Counted from the stretch's first letter, positions 1-9,798 are shown. The stretch: 64,000 nt of DNA from an uncultured SAR86 cluster bacterium (GCA_902547295.1 CACCNJ010000006.1:2678-66677); one strand, 5' to 3'. Program-made: numbers and translations. Notes: generated by a model from the sequence alone, not told the origin.

Positions 1-1443
1 TTAAATAACCTAAATAATGATGATTTTTTATTATTTTATGAGCCATTAGATACTTTTTATGAGATAAGGCATCATAAACATAAAATTACACTTCTAATAT
101 CATCTCTTAGAAAGTTAGTAACAAAAGTTAAACATACCAATATCATTCATCATAAAATTACTAAAAAAAATAACCAAAACTTAAAAGATGCTTTATTTAA
201 AATTGTTGATAAAAACAATATAAATAAAATTATGATTTCAAAACCATCAGATTTTAAGATTTATAAAGACCTCTTATTTTTTTCGCAATCAAACAATATC
301 GAATTAGAAATTTTAGAAGATAAAAAATTTATCTCAAACGTAGAGGATTTTACTGATTGGGCATCAGATAAAAAAACAAGAATACAAGAATATTACTATC
401 GTTGGTTAAGAAAAAAATACGATATATTTATGAATGAGGAAGGCAAGCCTATTGGAGATAAATGGAATTTCGATAAAGATAATAGAAAGGGAATCAAGCA
501 GCTTAAGTCAGATATTCCTGAAAGAAAAAAATTAATACCAGATCAAATAACTTTTGATGCCATGGTTGATGTAGAGGAATGTTTTCCAAATTCTATTGGT
601 ACCTTGGAAGACTTTAATTGGGCTACTACTCATGAAGAAGCTGAAAATTTGTTAGATGACTTCATTGAGAGATATCTTTTAAATTATGGATCATTTCAAG
701 ACGCAATAAACAAAGAAAATACTTTTATGTTTCATTCATTATTATCTCCTTATCTTAATTGTGGGCTTCTCGATCCCAAAATTTGCATTGAAAAAGCAGA
801 AAAAAAATATTACAAATCAAATGGAAAAATTCCTATAAATTCTGTGGAGGGATTTATAAGACAAGTTTTAGGATGGAGAGAGTTTATTAAGGGTGTATAT
901 TGGGAAAATATGCCTAAGTATAAAAATCTTAACTTTTGGTCTCATAAAGGTAAGTTAAATTCTAATTGGTATGAAGGAACTACTGGCATCCCTCCCCTAG
1001 ATGATGCAATAAATGAATCAAGCAAATTTGCTTATTCTCATCATATAAATAGATTAATGATCATTGCAAATCTTATGAATCTTACTGGCATTAATCCTAA
1101 CGAAATGTATAGATGGTTTATGGAAATGTATATCGATTCATATGATTGGGTTATGGTTCCAAATGTATATGGTATGGGTTCATATGCTGATGGTGGAATA
1201 TTTTCTACGAAACCATACATTTGTGGATCAAGTTATATGCTTAAAATGTCTAACTATAAAAAAGACGAATGGTGCGATACGGTAGATGGTTTATATTGGA
1301 GATTTGTTGAAAAAAATATCAACTTTTTTAAATCCAATCCAAGGTTAGCAGTCATGACAAGATCCTTAGAGAAAATGAATAAAGAAAGAAAGAAAAATAT
1401 ATTTAAAAAAGCAGAGATATTTATTAAAGAAAATACACTATAG
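1..1443 (+). CDS. cryptochrome/photolyase-family protein (COG3046-type photolyase-related, PhrB/CryB-like); 5' end cut by window edge
   Basis: Frame 1 is open from nt 1 with no stop before the ATG at 232. Upstream residues HHKHKITLLISSLRK and downstream WREFIKGVYW, HHINRLMIIANL, DWVMVPNVYGM and LYWRF resemble this family. Confidence 0.8.
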   Translation, partial: LNNLNNDDFLLFYEPLDTFYEIRHHKHKITLLISSLRKLVTKVKHTNIIHHKITKKNNQNLKDALFKIVDKNNINKIMISKPSDFKIYKDLLFFSQSNNIELEILEDKKFISNVEDFTDWASDKKTRIQEYYYRWLRKKYDIFMNEEGKPIGDKWNFDKDNRKGIKQLKSDIPERKKLIPDQITFDAMVDVEECFPNSIGTLEDFNWATTHEEAENLLDDFIERYLLNYGSFQDAINKENTFMFHSLLSPYLNCGLLDPKICIEKAEKKYYKSNGKIPINSVEGFIRQVLGWREFIKGVYWENMPKYKNLNFWSHKGKLNSNWYEGTTGIPPLDDAINESSKFAYSHHINRLMIIANLMNLTGINPNEMYRWFMEMYIDSYDWVMVPNVYGMGSYADGGIFSTKPYICGSSYMLKMSNYKKDEWCDTVDGLYWRFVEKNINFFKSNPRLAVMTRSLEKMNKERKKNIFKKAEIFIKENTL

Positions 1444-1445
1444 AA

Positions 1446-2300
1446 TTAATAATCAAGTCCCTCAAGTAAGAATGGTATCGCATTTTGAGACATGATTGTT
1501 GTGTTATGGTCTAAATTAGATATGACTTTGTAGCGCCATCTTAATGGAATCTTATTTTTTTCACTAAAGCTAACTATATTTTTAAAATAGCTGGTTCCTC
1601 TATCAAACCTATTTTCACCTTGTTTTCTCGCGCCTCTACTATTATTTAGTGATTCATGATTTGGATCGTTATCTTTAGCACCAAGTATAAAAAGAACTTG
1701 TCTTGATAAAAACCATTCATATCTCTCTCTTTCAATAGGCATATTTCTCAAGCCGAATGGAAAAGGCTCATTATTAAGAAATGTATACCAGCCAGCACTT
1801 CCAAGAACAACTTTATCAATTTGTTTATCTTCGCTGAATAACATATACCTATGAGTAAATTGAGATCCAGCAGAGAATCCAAATAATGAATAAGATGTAC
1901 TACTCAAATTGTATTTACTTTTGAAATATGAGAAAAATGAGGACAATGAGTTTTTTAGGTTATTTGATTGATCCTTTAAAATTTTTCCAGAAGATGTTGC
2001 CATTTGAAGTGTTGCAAAATTTGGATAGCTAATCTTATCAAAATATGGTGCCACTAAAATTACATTTTTATCTTTAGATGGCTCTATCCACTGATTCAGA
2101 TATTTTTCAACATCTCGAGAATTACCATGAATAATAAATAAAACTTTTGTGTTTTCATTAATTTCCTTTGGAAGAACATACAATATTTCTACGTCAGGTT
2201 TGTTCCATGAAGCATATGTGACTTTATCTACAGAATCAGATAAAAATTCACATGAAAAAAGTAGAAATAAAAAATAAGATACGCTTTTTTTTGAGAGCAT
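1446..2300 (-). CDS. exported alpha/beta-hydrolase (esterase-like), probable lipoprotein
   Basis: N-terminal signal with LFSC lipobox. Has a GFSAGSQ nucleophile elbow (GxSxG) and an HGNSRD motif. Confidence 0.6.
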   Translation of the reverse strand: MLSKKSVSYFLFLLFSCEFLSDSVDKVTYASWNKPDVEILYVLPKEINENTKVLFIIHGNSRDVEKYLNQWIEPSKDKNVILVAPYFDKISYPNFATLQMATSSGKILKDQSNNLKNSLSSFFSYFKSKYNLSSTSYSLFGFSAGSQFTHRYMLFSEDKQIDKVVLGSAGWYTFLNNEPFPFGLRNMPIERERYEWFLSRQVLFILGAKDNDPNHESLNNSRGARKQGENRFDRGTSYFKNIVSFSEKNKIPLRWRYKVISNLDHNTTIMSQNAIPFLLEGLDY

Positions 2301-2362
2301 GATTTATTCTAACAATGAATTATTAATATTGGGTTAAAATAAATATATTTAAGCGAAGATAA

Positions 2363-3469
2363 TTGAAAAAATATTTAGACATTGTTAACGAAATTCATAA
2401 TTCTCCCTACAAGCTTACAATTGTATCTAGCGGAGGTGGAACTAATGCCATATCAGCTCTGCTAGAAGTTCCTGGAGCAAGTAATACTATTTTAGAGTCC
2501 CACATACCTTATTCAAAAGAATCTATGAACTCTTTTTTAAACAAAAAACCCGATCATTATTGTTCTTTAGATACATGTTTAAATATGGCAGCAAACGCAT
2601 TTAAGAAATCTAAACAAATTGATACCAAATCAAAAACAAAGCATCTATTAGGGATTTCTATTACAGCTAATCTTGCGACAACTTATGAAAAAAAAGGAGA
2701 TCATAAGTTTTTTATTGTTGTTCAGGCATATGACTATACTAAATATCTTGAATGTTATTTAGATAAAGGTAAAAGAACAAGAGAAGAGGAAGAAGAACTC
2801 ATTACTGCATGTGTTATTAGTCTTTTAGCAGATTCATGTGGTTTTGAATTTAGTATTCCTGAAATTGATGAAGATATATCAATAAATAAAGTTACTGCAG
2901 AAAAATCATGGATAAAATTATTTAATAACAAAGTAGGATTTATATCCAACAATAAGAACAACCCAGAGCTCATATTTCCTGGCTCATTTAACCCTCTTCA
3001 TGAGGGGCACATAAAAATGAAGGAATTAGCCGAAAAAAAAACTGGCATGCATACTACATTTGAGATCTGTGCTAACAATGCGGATAAGCCTCCACTTACA
3101 TTTTATGAGATAAAAAGAACTCTTGATCAGTTTCAAAATGATGAAAGTTGGATGCTTACATCTGCAGGAAGATTTAGTGAAAAAGCTGAAATGTTTCCAA
3201 ATTCAGTATTTATAATTGGTGCAGATACTTTAATGAGAGTATTTGATGAAAAATTTTATAAAAACTACAAAGACATGATGAATCATATTCAAAGGTTTAA
3301 TGATCACAACATAAACTTTTTAGTATTTGGAAGAAAAATTAATAAAGAATTTATCTCACTTAACAACTTAAAGGTTCCTGAAATTATAATCAATAGATGT
3401 ACTGGTATCGATGAAGAAATGTTTAGAGACGATATTTCTTCAACAGCAATTAGATTAACTAATAACTAA
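2363..3469 (+). CDS. fusion protein: CinA-C/PncC-like N-terminal domain plus NadD-like nucleotidyltransferase C-terminal domain
   Basis: TTG start. N-terminal SSGGGTNAISALLEVPGASNTILESHIPYS resembles the CinA C-terminal (NMN deamidase) signature. C-terminal GSFNPLHEGH (HxGH) and ISSTAIR (ISSTxxR) are cytidylyltransferase/NadD motifs. Confidence 0.6.
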   Translation: MKKYLDIVNEIHNSPYKLTIVSSGGGTNAISALLEVPGASNTILESHIPYSKESMNSFLNKKPDHYCSLDTCLNMAANAFKKSKQIDTKSKTKHLLGISITANLATTYEKKGDHKFFIVVQAYDYTKYLECYLDKGKRTREEEEELITACVISLLADSCGFEFSIPEIDEDISINKVTAEKSWIKLFNNKVGFISNNKNNPELIFPGSFNPLHEGHIKMKELAEKKTGMHTTFEICANNADKPPLTFYEIKRTLDQFQNDESWMLTSAGRFSEKAEMFPNSVFIIGADTLMRVFDEKFYKNYKDMMNHIQRFNDHNINFLVFGRKINKEFISLNNLKVPEIIINRCTGIDEEMFRDDISSTAIRLTNN

Positions 3470-3660
3470 TTATGAGGCGGCAATTTGGCTTCAACAAACC
3501 ATTCGTGGATTCTTTTTACAGGATTAAATTTCTTTAATCTCATTTTTCTATTTTCAAGAGTAAACTTTCTAGTTTTAATAGCTGTATAGTGATAGGTATG
3601 ACTATCACGAGTTTCGTTTTCAGGTATTAAATAAACTTTAGTTTGTTTTTTGTCTGCCAT
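3466..3660 (-). CDS. rpmG: ribosomal protein L33-like (divergent, Cys-less, stand-alone)
   Basis: HYTAIKTRKFTLENRKMRLKKFNPVKRIHEWFVEAKL aligns by eye with E. coli L33 [35 protein letters not shown]. It is 64 aa versus about 55 aa. Confidence 0.5.
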   Translation of the reverse strand: MADKKQTKVYLIPENETRDSHTYHYTAIKTRKFTLENRKMRLKKFNPVKRIHEWFVEAKLPPHN

Positions 3661-3717
3661 AATGGATTCAAATTATACACAATCTTTGCTTTTTAAGAGA
3701 TTTTATTTAAATAAAAT

Positions 3718-4623
3718 TTAATTATTTATTTTTTTATATAAATTTAAATTTCCATATAGTGGAGTTTTTTCCTTTGTAATAATTCCTATTGAAATTTTGT
3801 CAAGCATCAACTTATGAACATCATAGTGGCTCTTCATAAATAAATCGCAGAATTCATCTTTATTGATATTTGGATAAATTGTTCTTATTAGACTGCCAGC
3901 GAGTAAAATGCCATTTCCAGGAATAAAAGTTACTGCAAAATCTGTGAGAGATTCAGCAAGACATCTAATAAAGCCCTCAATCACCTCGATTGCAGTTGAG
4001 TCTTTCTCTTTATATTTTTTATATATTTCTTCTGAAGTTAAATTTATATTTTTTTTTAATTTATATATGTTTGATATAGCAGAGCCAGAAATGAAATCCT
4101 CTAGAAGAAAATTATCATCTGTCTGAATGTTATAGTTTTTTTGCATTTTAAGACTCATATTTGATGTTACGCCAATTTCAGTTGGTATCACTAAATCTTT
4201 ATTCACAAGTAGTGATGCTCCCAAGCCAGTTCCAGGACCCAAAAAAAAGACTTTTTCGTTAAACTTTTCGCCGGTTTTAATATAATCAATTTCATCTTTA
4301 ATGAAGCTATAGCTATGAGCAATTGCTTCCCAGTCATTTAATAAAATGCAATTCTTAAGATTAAATTTACTTTTAAGCTTAGAAGCATCAAAAGTAAAAT
4401 CAATTTTTGACATTTTTATAGAGTGATCATTTATTTTTGGTCCTGCGATAGAAATTATCAAAGTATCAACATTATTATTTTTGATTAAATCGCTAATAAT
4501 TTCTTCAAAATTGTCACTCTCGAATATGATTTTATTTGAATTAGATAAATCATCTTTTTCTATTGATGCCAATGCATATCTCATGTTGGTCCCGCCAACA
4601 TCTATTAATAATGCTTTACTCAT
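3718..4623 (-). CDS. glk: glucokinase
   Basis: LLIDVGGTNMRYAL ATP-binding motif and ROK/glucokinase-like GPGTGLG. I prefer the Met at 4623 (MSKALLIDVGGTN) over the ORF-track start at 4683, which would overlap the upstream gene by 68 nt. Confidence 0.85.
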   Translation of the reverse strand: MSKALLIDVGGTNMRYALASIEKDDLSNSNKIIFESDNFEEIISDLIKNNNVDTLIISIAGPKINDHSIKMSKIDFTFDASKLKSKFNLKNCILLNDWEAIAHSYSFIKDEIDYIKTGEKFNEKVFFLGPGTGLGASLLVNKDLVIPTEIGVTSNMSLKMQKNYNIQTDDNFLLEDFISGSAISNIYKLKKNINLTSEEIYKKYKEKDSTAIEVIEGFIRCLAESLTDFAVTFIPGNGILLAGSLIRTIYPNINKDEFCDLFMKSHYDVHKLMLDKISIGIITKEKTPLYGNLNLYKKINN

Positions 4624-6490
4624 ATTGATTTTTATAGGACAAACCATACCCATATTTAAACTTTGGAAAATATTCTTTATCACTATAATTATTTAGCTTA
4701 TTTCCTGAATTACTATTAGGCCATGAAAATGAAAGCCTACCCTTAAAATCAAAATTAATAGAGCCATCAAGATTGGTAAAGATTACGTCATTAATACCTT
4801 CAACAGCAGTTCCAGGCAACCAAATTGAAATAAATGAGTCTGAGTATTCAATTTCTTCGTCAACAATCAATGGCCTGCCTGTTAAAAATAAAGAAATTGT
4901 TGATATATTCTTTTTTCTAAATTCTTTCATCTTGTTTATTAAGTATCTATTTGAATTAGAAAAGTTCAAATCATCAATATCTCCTTCTCCCTCAGCATAT
5001 GGGGTTTCACCATATACAAAAATTACATAATCAGGTTTTTGTAAAAATGAGCCGTCACTGGAAAATTCAACACTACCACCAAGATTAAGAATATGTTGTG
5101 ATAAAGAATCATAGATACTTTTTGTATTCGGAAAGTCTTCATTAGATAATGAAACTCCTTCCCAACTTTTTCCTTGCCAAGTAATAGTCCAGCCGCCCAT
5201 TTGATTTTCAATTTGTTTAGATTGATCTCCAATTATTAAAAAATTTTTTTTTGGATTCATAGGCAAAACATCATTATTTTTTAATAACACTAATGACTCT
5301 CTTACTGCTTGTCTTGCAAGATTTCTATGATCTGAATTACCAATATAATTATCCTGATAGGCATGAGGTAATCTGTTATCAAAAAGCCCAAGATGTTTTT
5401 TAACCTTTAAAATTCTTGAAACTGCATCGTTAAGTCTTTCTATTGGAATTATTCCTTTTTTAACTTGATCAAGAGTATTCCAATAAAGAGGTTCCCACTC
5501 TGTTGGCACCATAAATATATCAACACCGGCATTTAATGCTTGGGGACAATTTGCATCCTCGCAACCTGGTATTTGTCCATGCCCATTCCAGTCACCAACT
5601 ATAAATCCATCAAACTCCATTTGAGTTTTTAAAATTTCTGTTAATAAATATCTATCACCATGTAGCTTTTTGCCATTCCAAGAATTGAAACTTGCCATTA
5701 TTGATAATGCACAAGAATCAATTGCATCAAAATATGGAGTGCCATGAATCTCTTTAAGCTCAGACTCTGTAATTATTGTGTTACCTTGATCTATTCCTTG
5801 ATCAGTTCCACCATCACCCAAAAAATGTTTTGCAGTAGCTAAGACTTTATTTTTATTTAGGAAAGAATTCCCTTCGCCTTGTAAGCCAAGTATAAAGTTT
5901 GATCCCAACTCAGATACTAAATTATAGTTTTCAGAGTACCCTTCATATGTTCTTCCCCATCTATCGTTTTGAGGCACAGCAATTGTTGGAGCAAATGTCC
6001 ATATAATTCCTGTAGAAGCTACTTCTTTTGCAACGGCACTTCCGATCTCTTTAATCAAACTAGGATTTCTTGTTGATCCTAGACCAATATTATGAGGAAA
6101 AATAGTTGCGCCAATAACATTATTATGCCCATGAACAGCATCTGTACCCCAAAGAATTGGTATCTTAATCCCATCAACCTCCGGAGATGCATCGTAGTAA
6201 ATTTCACTCAAGTCTTTCCAATCTTGAATATCACTATTTTTATTTTGATTTGGAAATCCACCCCCGCCATTTAGAATGGTACCTAGGTGGAATTTTTTTA
6301 CTTGAGCCGGATTAATACTATTAATTTCAGGCATTATTATCTGTCCAACTTTTTGTTCCAATGTCATTTCATTGATTATTTTATTTATGAAAGCTGAATA
6401 ATCTGGAAGTTTGCATTCGTTAGTATTTGACCAATCAACATCAGCAACAATATACGAATTGAATAAAATTAATAATAATATCTTTTTCAT
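4616..6490 (-). CDS. periplasmic glycoside hydrolase family 3 beta-glucosidase
   Basis: Signal peptide. GH3 motifs GTDAVHGHNNV and GFIVGDW (nucleophile Asp). Length 624 aa. Confidence 0.9.
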   Translation of the reverse strand: MKKILLLILFNSYIVADVDWSNTNECKLPDYSAFINKIINEMTLEQKVGQIIMPEINSINPAQVKKFHLGTILNGGGGFPNQNKNSDIQDWKDLSEIYYDASPEVDGIKIPILWGTDAVHGHNNVIGATIFPHNIGLGSTRNPSLIKEIGSAVAKEVASTGIIWTFAPTIAVPQNDRWGRTYEGYSENYNLVSELGSNFILGLQGEGNSFLNKNKVLATAKHFLGDGGTDQGIDQGNTIITESELKEIHGTPYFDAIDSCALSIMASFNSWNGKKLHGDRYLLTEILKTQMEFDGFIVGDWNGHGQIPGCEDANCPQALNAGVDIFMVPTEWEPLYWNTLDQVKKGIIPIERLNDAVSRILKVKKHLGLFDNRLPHAYQDNYIGNSDHRNLARQAVRESLVLLKNNDVLPMNPKKNFLIIGDQSKQIENQMGGWTITWQGKSWEGVSLSNEDFPNTKSIYDSLSQHILNLGGSVEFSSDGSFLQKPDYVIFVYGETPYAEGEGDIDDLNFSNSNRYLINKMKEFRKKNISTISLFLTGRPLIVDEEIEYSDSFISIWLPGTAVEGINDVIFTNLDGSINFDFKGRLSFSWPNSNSGNKLNNYSDKEYFPKFKYGYGLSYKNQYE

Positions 6491-6496
6491 AAACTT

Positions 6497-8071
6497 TTAT
6501 CCCAAAGTCACATAAATCAAAGTAAGAATACTTACGATAATTAAACTATTAACATTAAAGGCTTTTGATGTTTTAAAATTTATTCCACTCAAATCAATAG
6601 CTTTTTCTTGATCCAAATATCCTTGAGCCAATGATGTTAGGTAACATCCCATTCCTGAAACAAAGAAAACAACGCCCATTCTGTGGATATATGGGAAATC
6701 TGGAAAGGATGCTTGGATGAATATAGACATTACAACTGAAAGAATTGCTGCCACAAGAACTGAGAGAGTTGTAGCTTTTTTCCAAAATAAAGCCACAAGA
6801 AATATTACAAGTATTCCAGGTGTAAATAAGCCAGTAAAATTTTGTATATATTGAAAAATTTGATCGGAGTTTCCTAAGATAGGTTTTGCCATTACTAGGG
6901 CTATAAGCATAGATCCAACCACAGCACTTCTTCCAATTAATATTAAAGATGACTGTTGAATTTCATTTTTAGAAAATGATCTACATATATCCATCGTGAA
7001 AATAGTACTAATACTATTTGTCATTGATGCTAATGAAGATACTATTGCAGCAATTAGTGCAGCAAAAGTTAATCCTAATAAACCACTTGGTAGTAGCTCA
7101 ATCATCATAGTTGGATATGCTTGATCAGTCTTGTCTAAAACCGGAAATAAAATTGCGGCACAAATTCCTGGTAAAACTATTACTAATGGCATTAAAAGTT
7201 TTAGGTAAGCTGCAAACAAAACTCCCTTTTGTGCTTCTTTAAGAGATTTAGCTCCAAGAGCTCTTTGAGTAATATATTGATTGAATCCCCAATAAGCAAA
7301 ATGCCCAATCCAAACTCCTGCACCAATTAAAATCCATATCCCAGGTAAATTATTGTATGACGGATTGTCAGGAGACAATATCATGTCAAACTTTTCTGGC
7401 ATCTGTTGATAAACTTGAACCATTCCGGTGGTTATATTTCCATCACCAATTTTAGTCAAAGCAATATATGAGACTGCTAATCCACCAAAAATTAACAAAA
7501 CTACTTGAACTATATCAGTCATTGCTACGGCTTTAAGCCCTCCTGAAAGTGAGTATGCTAATGATAAAAATGCAAGAAGAATCATTCCATTAACTAAAGA
7601 CATTCCTGTCAAAGTATTTATTGCTAATGAACCAAGCCAAAGAACTGCGGTAAGGTTTACAAAAATGTACACAGTTAACCAAAAAAATGACAAAACCAAA
7701 CTTACTCTTTTATCAAATCTTTGTTCCAAAAATTGTGGCATTGTATATATTTTCTTTTCCAAGAAAAGCGGTAAGAAAAATTTAGCCATTACTATAAGGG
7801 CAATTGCTGCAGTGAGTTCCCATACTGCAATTGCCATTCCAACAACAAATCCTTGACCAGACATTCCAATAATTTGCTCTGCGGATATATTTGCAGCAAT
7901 TAATGAAGCTCCTATTGCCCACCACGGTAGAGATCTTCCTGCAAGAAAATAATCCTCAGCACTCCTTTCAGATCCAGCTTTTTTTCTAGAAATATAAGTA
8001 GCAAGTGAAATTATACCGATACAATAAAGCCCAATGATTATCCAATCTAAAGTGTAAAACATGATCCCCAA
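6497..8071 (-). CDS. sodium:solute symporter family (SGLT-like) transporter
   Basis: Polytopic protein of about 13 TM helices. Has the N-terminal YFLAGRSLPWWAIGASLIAANISAEQ SSS signature. Confidence 0.9.
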   Translation of the reverse strand: MGIMFYTLDWIIIGLYCIGIISLATYISRKKAGSERSAEDYFLAGRSLPWWAIGASLIAANISAEQIIGMSGQGFVVGMAIAVWELTAAIALIVMAKFFLPLFLEKKIYTMPQFLEQRFDKRVSLVLSFFWLTVYIFVNLTAVLWLGSLAINTLTGMSLVNGMILLAFLSLAYSLSGGLKAVAMTDIVQVVLLIFGGLAVSYIALTKIGDGNITTGMVQVYQQMPEKFDMILSPDNPSYNNLPGIWILIGAGVWIGHFAYWGFNQYITQRALGAKSLKEAQKGVLFAAYLKLLMPLVIVLPGICAAILFPVLDKTDQAYPTMMIELLPSGLLGLTFAALIAAIVSSLASMTNSISTIFTMDICRSFSKNEIQQSSLILIGRSAVVGSMLIALVMAKPILGNSDQIFQYIQNFTGLFTPGILVIFLVALFWKKATTLSVLVAAILSVVMSIFIQASFPDFPYIHRMGVVFFVSGMGCYLTSLAQGYLDQEKAIDLSGINFKTSKAFNVNSLIIVSILTLIYVTLG

Positions 8072-8121
8072 TTAATATGACGTATGTACTTATTGTAACA
8101 ATTTATTGGTAAAAAAATTAT

Positions 8122-9531
8122 CTAAAAATTAATTATTTGAATTGCTTCTGAATGTTTTTCAGAGAATATGCCAGAAACCATAACAAATTTTAATTTCTTT
8201 TTTCTGTGTAATGGTTTTAGAACATCTCTAACATGCTCAAGAGTCTTTTTGTGATTATTTAATCTCTTTAAATAGAAAGGAATGACTGAGCCAACTAGAG
8301 ACAATTGATTTAAAGTGTTTATATTATTGGTAAATGTATAGATTGGAATATCTTTTGGTTTTGCATTTGATATATAACCAGCAGTTGATCCAGTTCTTGT
8401 AACAGCAATTATTCCATCAGCTTTTATAGATTCACTTAAGTCTCTAGCAGCAACAGCAATTGACTCCCAATCTGAGTTTGTGATGAGTTCTTTTTCATAT
8501 TCTAAAGTTTGAAATTTTTCTGTTCTTTTAGATATAGATTTTAAATATTTCACACATTCAACTGGATATTTACCGATACTAGTTTCTCCAGATAGCATGA
8601 TGGCGTCAGCACCTTCATATACAGCATTTGCAACATCAGTTACCTCTGCTCTTGTTGGTGTTGGGTTTTCTATCATTGATTCTAGCAAATGAGTAGCAAC
8701 GATGGATCTTTTGCCCCATTTTGCACAAGAATGCATTATTTGTCTTTGAATATTTGGTAAGTCTGTAAGGCTAGTTTCAATTCCTAAATCACCTCTTGCT
8801 ACCATAATGCCCCAAGCAGATTCACAAATTTCATCAATATTATCTAATCCCTCTTGATTTTCAATCTTAGCAATTATTTTTGACTCTGATTTTTGTTTAA
8901 AAAGAAGGTCTTCTAATATCCTAAGATCTTTTTTATTTCTGACAAATGAAGCAGCAATAAAATCTACATTATTTTTAATTCCAAAGGAAATATCTTTTAT
9001 ATCTTTTGAAGTTATTGAGGGCATATCTAATCTTACGCCGGGCAAATTTACATGTCTTTTTGAGCCTACCTTTCCTCCATGTATTACTTTACAAACTAAA
9101 TTATCTGATTCTTTTGAAAGAACTCTAAAACTAATCAATCCATTATCAACAGAGATCCTTGAGCCAACATCAACACTATGAACTAGACCTTTATAATTTA
9201 CTTTGATAGATGAGGTTTCAACGTCTATCTCATCTCGGACAGTTAATGTAACTTTATCACCTACTTTGAGATTGATTGGAAGAGAGGTATCACCTGTTCT
9301 TATTTCTGGACCTTGAGTATCAAGCAATATGCCAATGTTAGATAACTTACTATTTTTGGTCTCATTAATACTTTTAATTATATCTATAATCTCTTTTGCA
9401 TTTTTATGAGTTGCATGGGACATATTAATTCTAGCAACATTCATACCAGCAGAATGAAGTCTACATAATGTTGCATTATTAGAGCTCTGCGGTCCAATAG
9501 TGCAAATTATTTTTGTTCTTGTAAAAGCCAT
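8122..9531 (-). CDS. pyk: pyruvate kinase
   Basis: MAFTRTKIICTIGP, ARINMSH, MVARGDLGIE and LSGETS motifs. Length 469 aa. Confidence 0.95.
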   Translation of the reverse strand: MAFTRTKIICTIGPQSSNNATLCRLHSAGMNVARINMSHATHKNAKEIIDIIKSINETKNSKLSNIGILLDTQGPEIRTGDTSLPINLKVGDKVTLTVRDEIDVETSSIKVNYKGLVHSVDVGSRISVDNGLISFRVLSKESDNLVCKVIHGGKVGSKRHVNLPGVRLDMPSITSKDIKDISFGIKNNVDFIAASFVRNKKDLRILEDLLFKQKSESKIIAKIENQEGLDNIDEICESAWGIMVARGDLGIETSLTDLPNIQRQIMHSCAKWGKRSIVATHLLESMIENPTPTRAEVTDVANAVYEGADAIMLSGETSIGKYPVECVKYLKSISKRTEKFQTLEYEKELITNSDWESIAVAARDLSESIKADGIIAVTRTGSTAGYISNAKPKDIPIYTFTNNINTLNQLSLVGSVIPFYLKRLNNHKKTLEHVRDVLKPLHRKKKLKFVMVSGIFSEKHSEAIQIINF

Positions 9532-9571
9532 GACATGACGATATTAATGAATAAATAACATTTTGCAAGAC

Positions 9572-9598
9572 AAAAAAAACAGAGACTAGCTCTGTTTC
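9572..9598 (-). terminator. intrinsic terminator or attenuator ending the GC-rich RNA element, about 40 nt upstream of the pyk ATG
   Basis: The minus strand reads AACAGAG-CUAGU-CUCUGUU followed by U8. Confidence 0.6.
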
Positions 9599-9795
9599 TT
9601 TAAATCGATTCCTCAGGGGTCTAAAGTGAGATTTTCTTTAGCTCCTTGGACTCTTTCTCTTGAATCCTTGGTGGATCTGCAAGCTATTTTTTATCATCGA
9701 CTCTTGCAAATGCTTTCACCCTTCGGTCTCTCCGTCCGGCTTCCCTCTAGACCTCCCGTCTGCAGTTGGTAGCTAGTCAGTTGCCATCCGTACAT
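9572..9795 (-). ncRNA. unclassified structured RNA candidate (independent sRNA or riboswitch-like leader of the pyk operon)
   Basis: No ORF. About 50% G+C (70/140 counted over 9641-9780) in a genome of about 33% G+C. Bracketed by a near-consensus promoter and a terminator. Contains mutually exclusive helices. Confidence 0.45.
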
Positions 9796-9798
9796 TTA

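Noticed and set aside
9572-9795. Assignment of the GC-rich RNA to a known class (cobalamin or glycine riboswitch, 6S RNA, SRP RNA, RNase P, tmRNA).
   Set aside because: There are fragmentary resemblances only: GGGAAGCCGG and GGAGAGACCGAAGG; CACCAAGGAUUCAAG versus 6S; GACCCCUGAGG. The defining cores are absent: no B12-box/GCCACUG, no double glycine aptamer architecture, no GGAAAGUCC, no tRNA-like ends and no end-to-end 6S closing stem. A covariance-model search is still needed.
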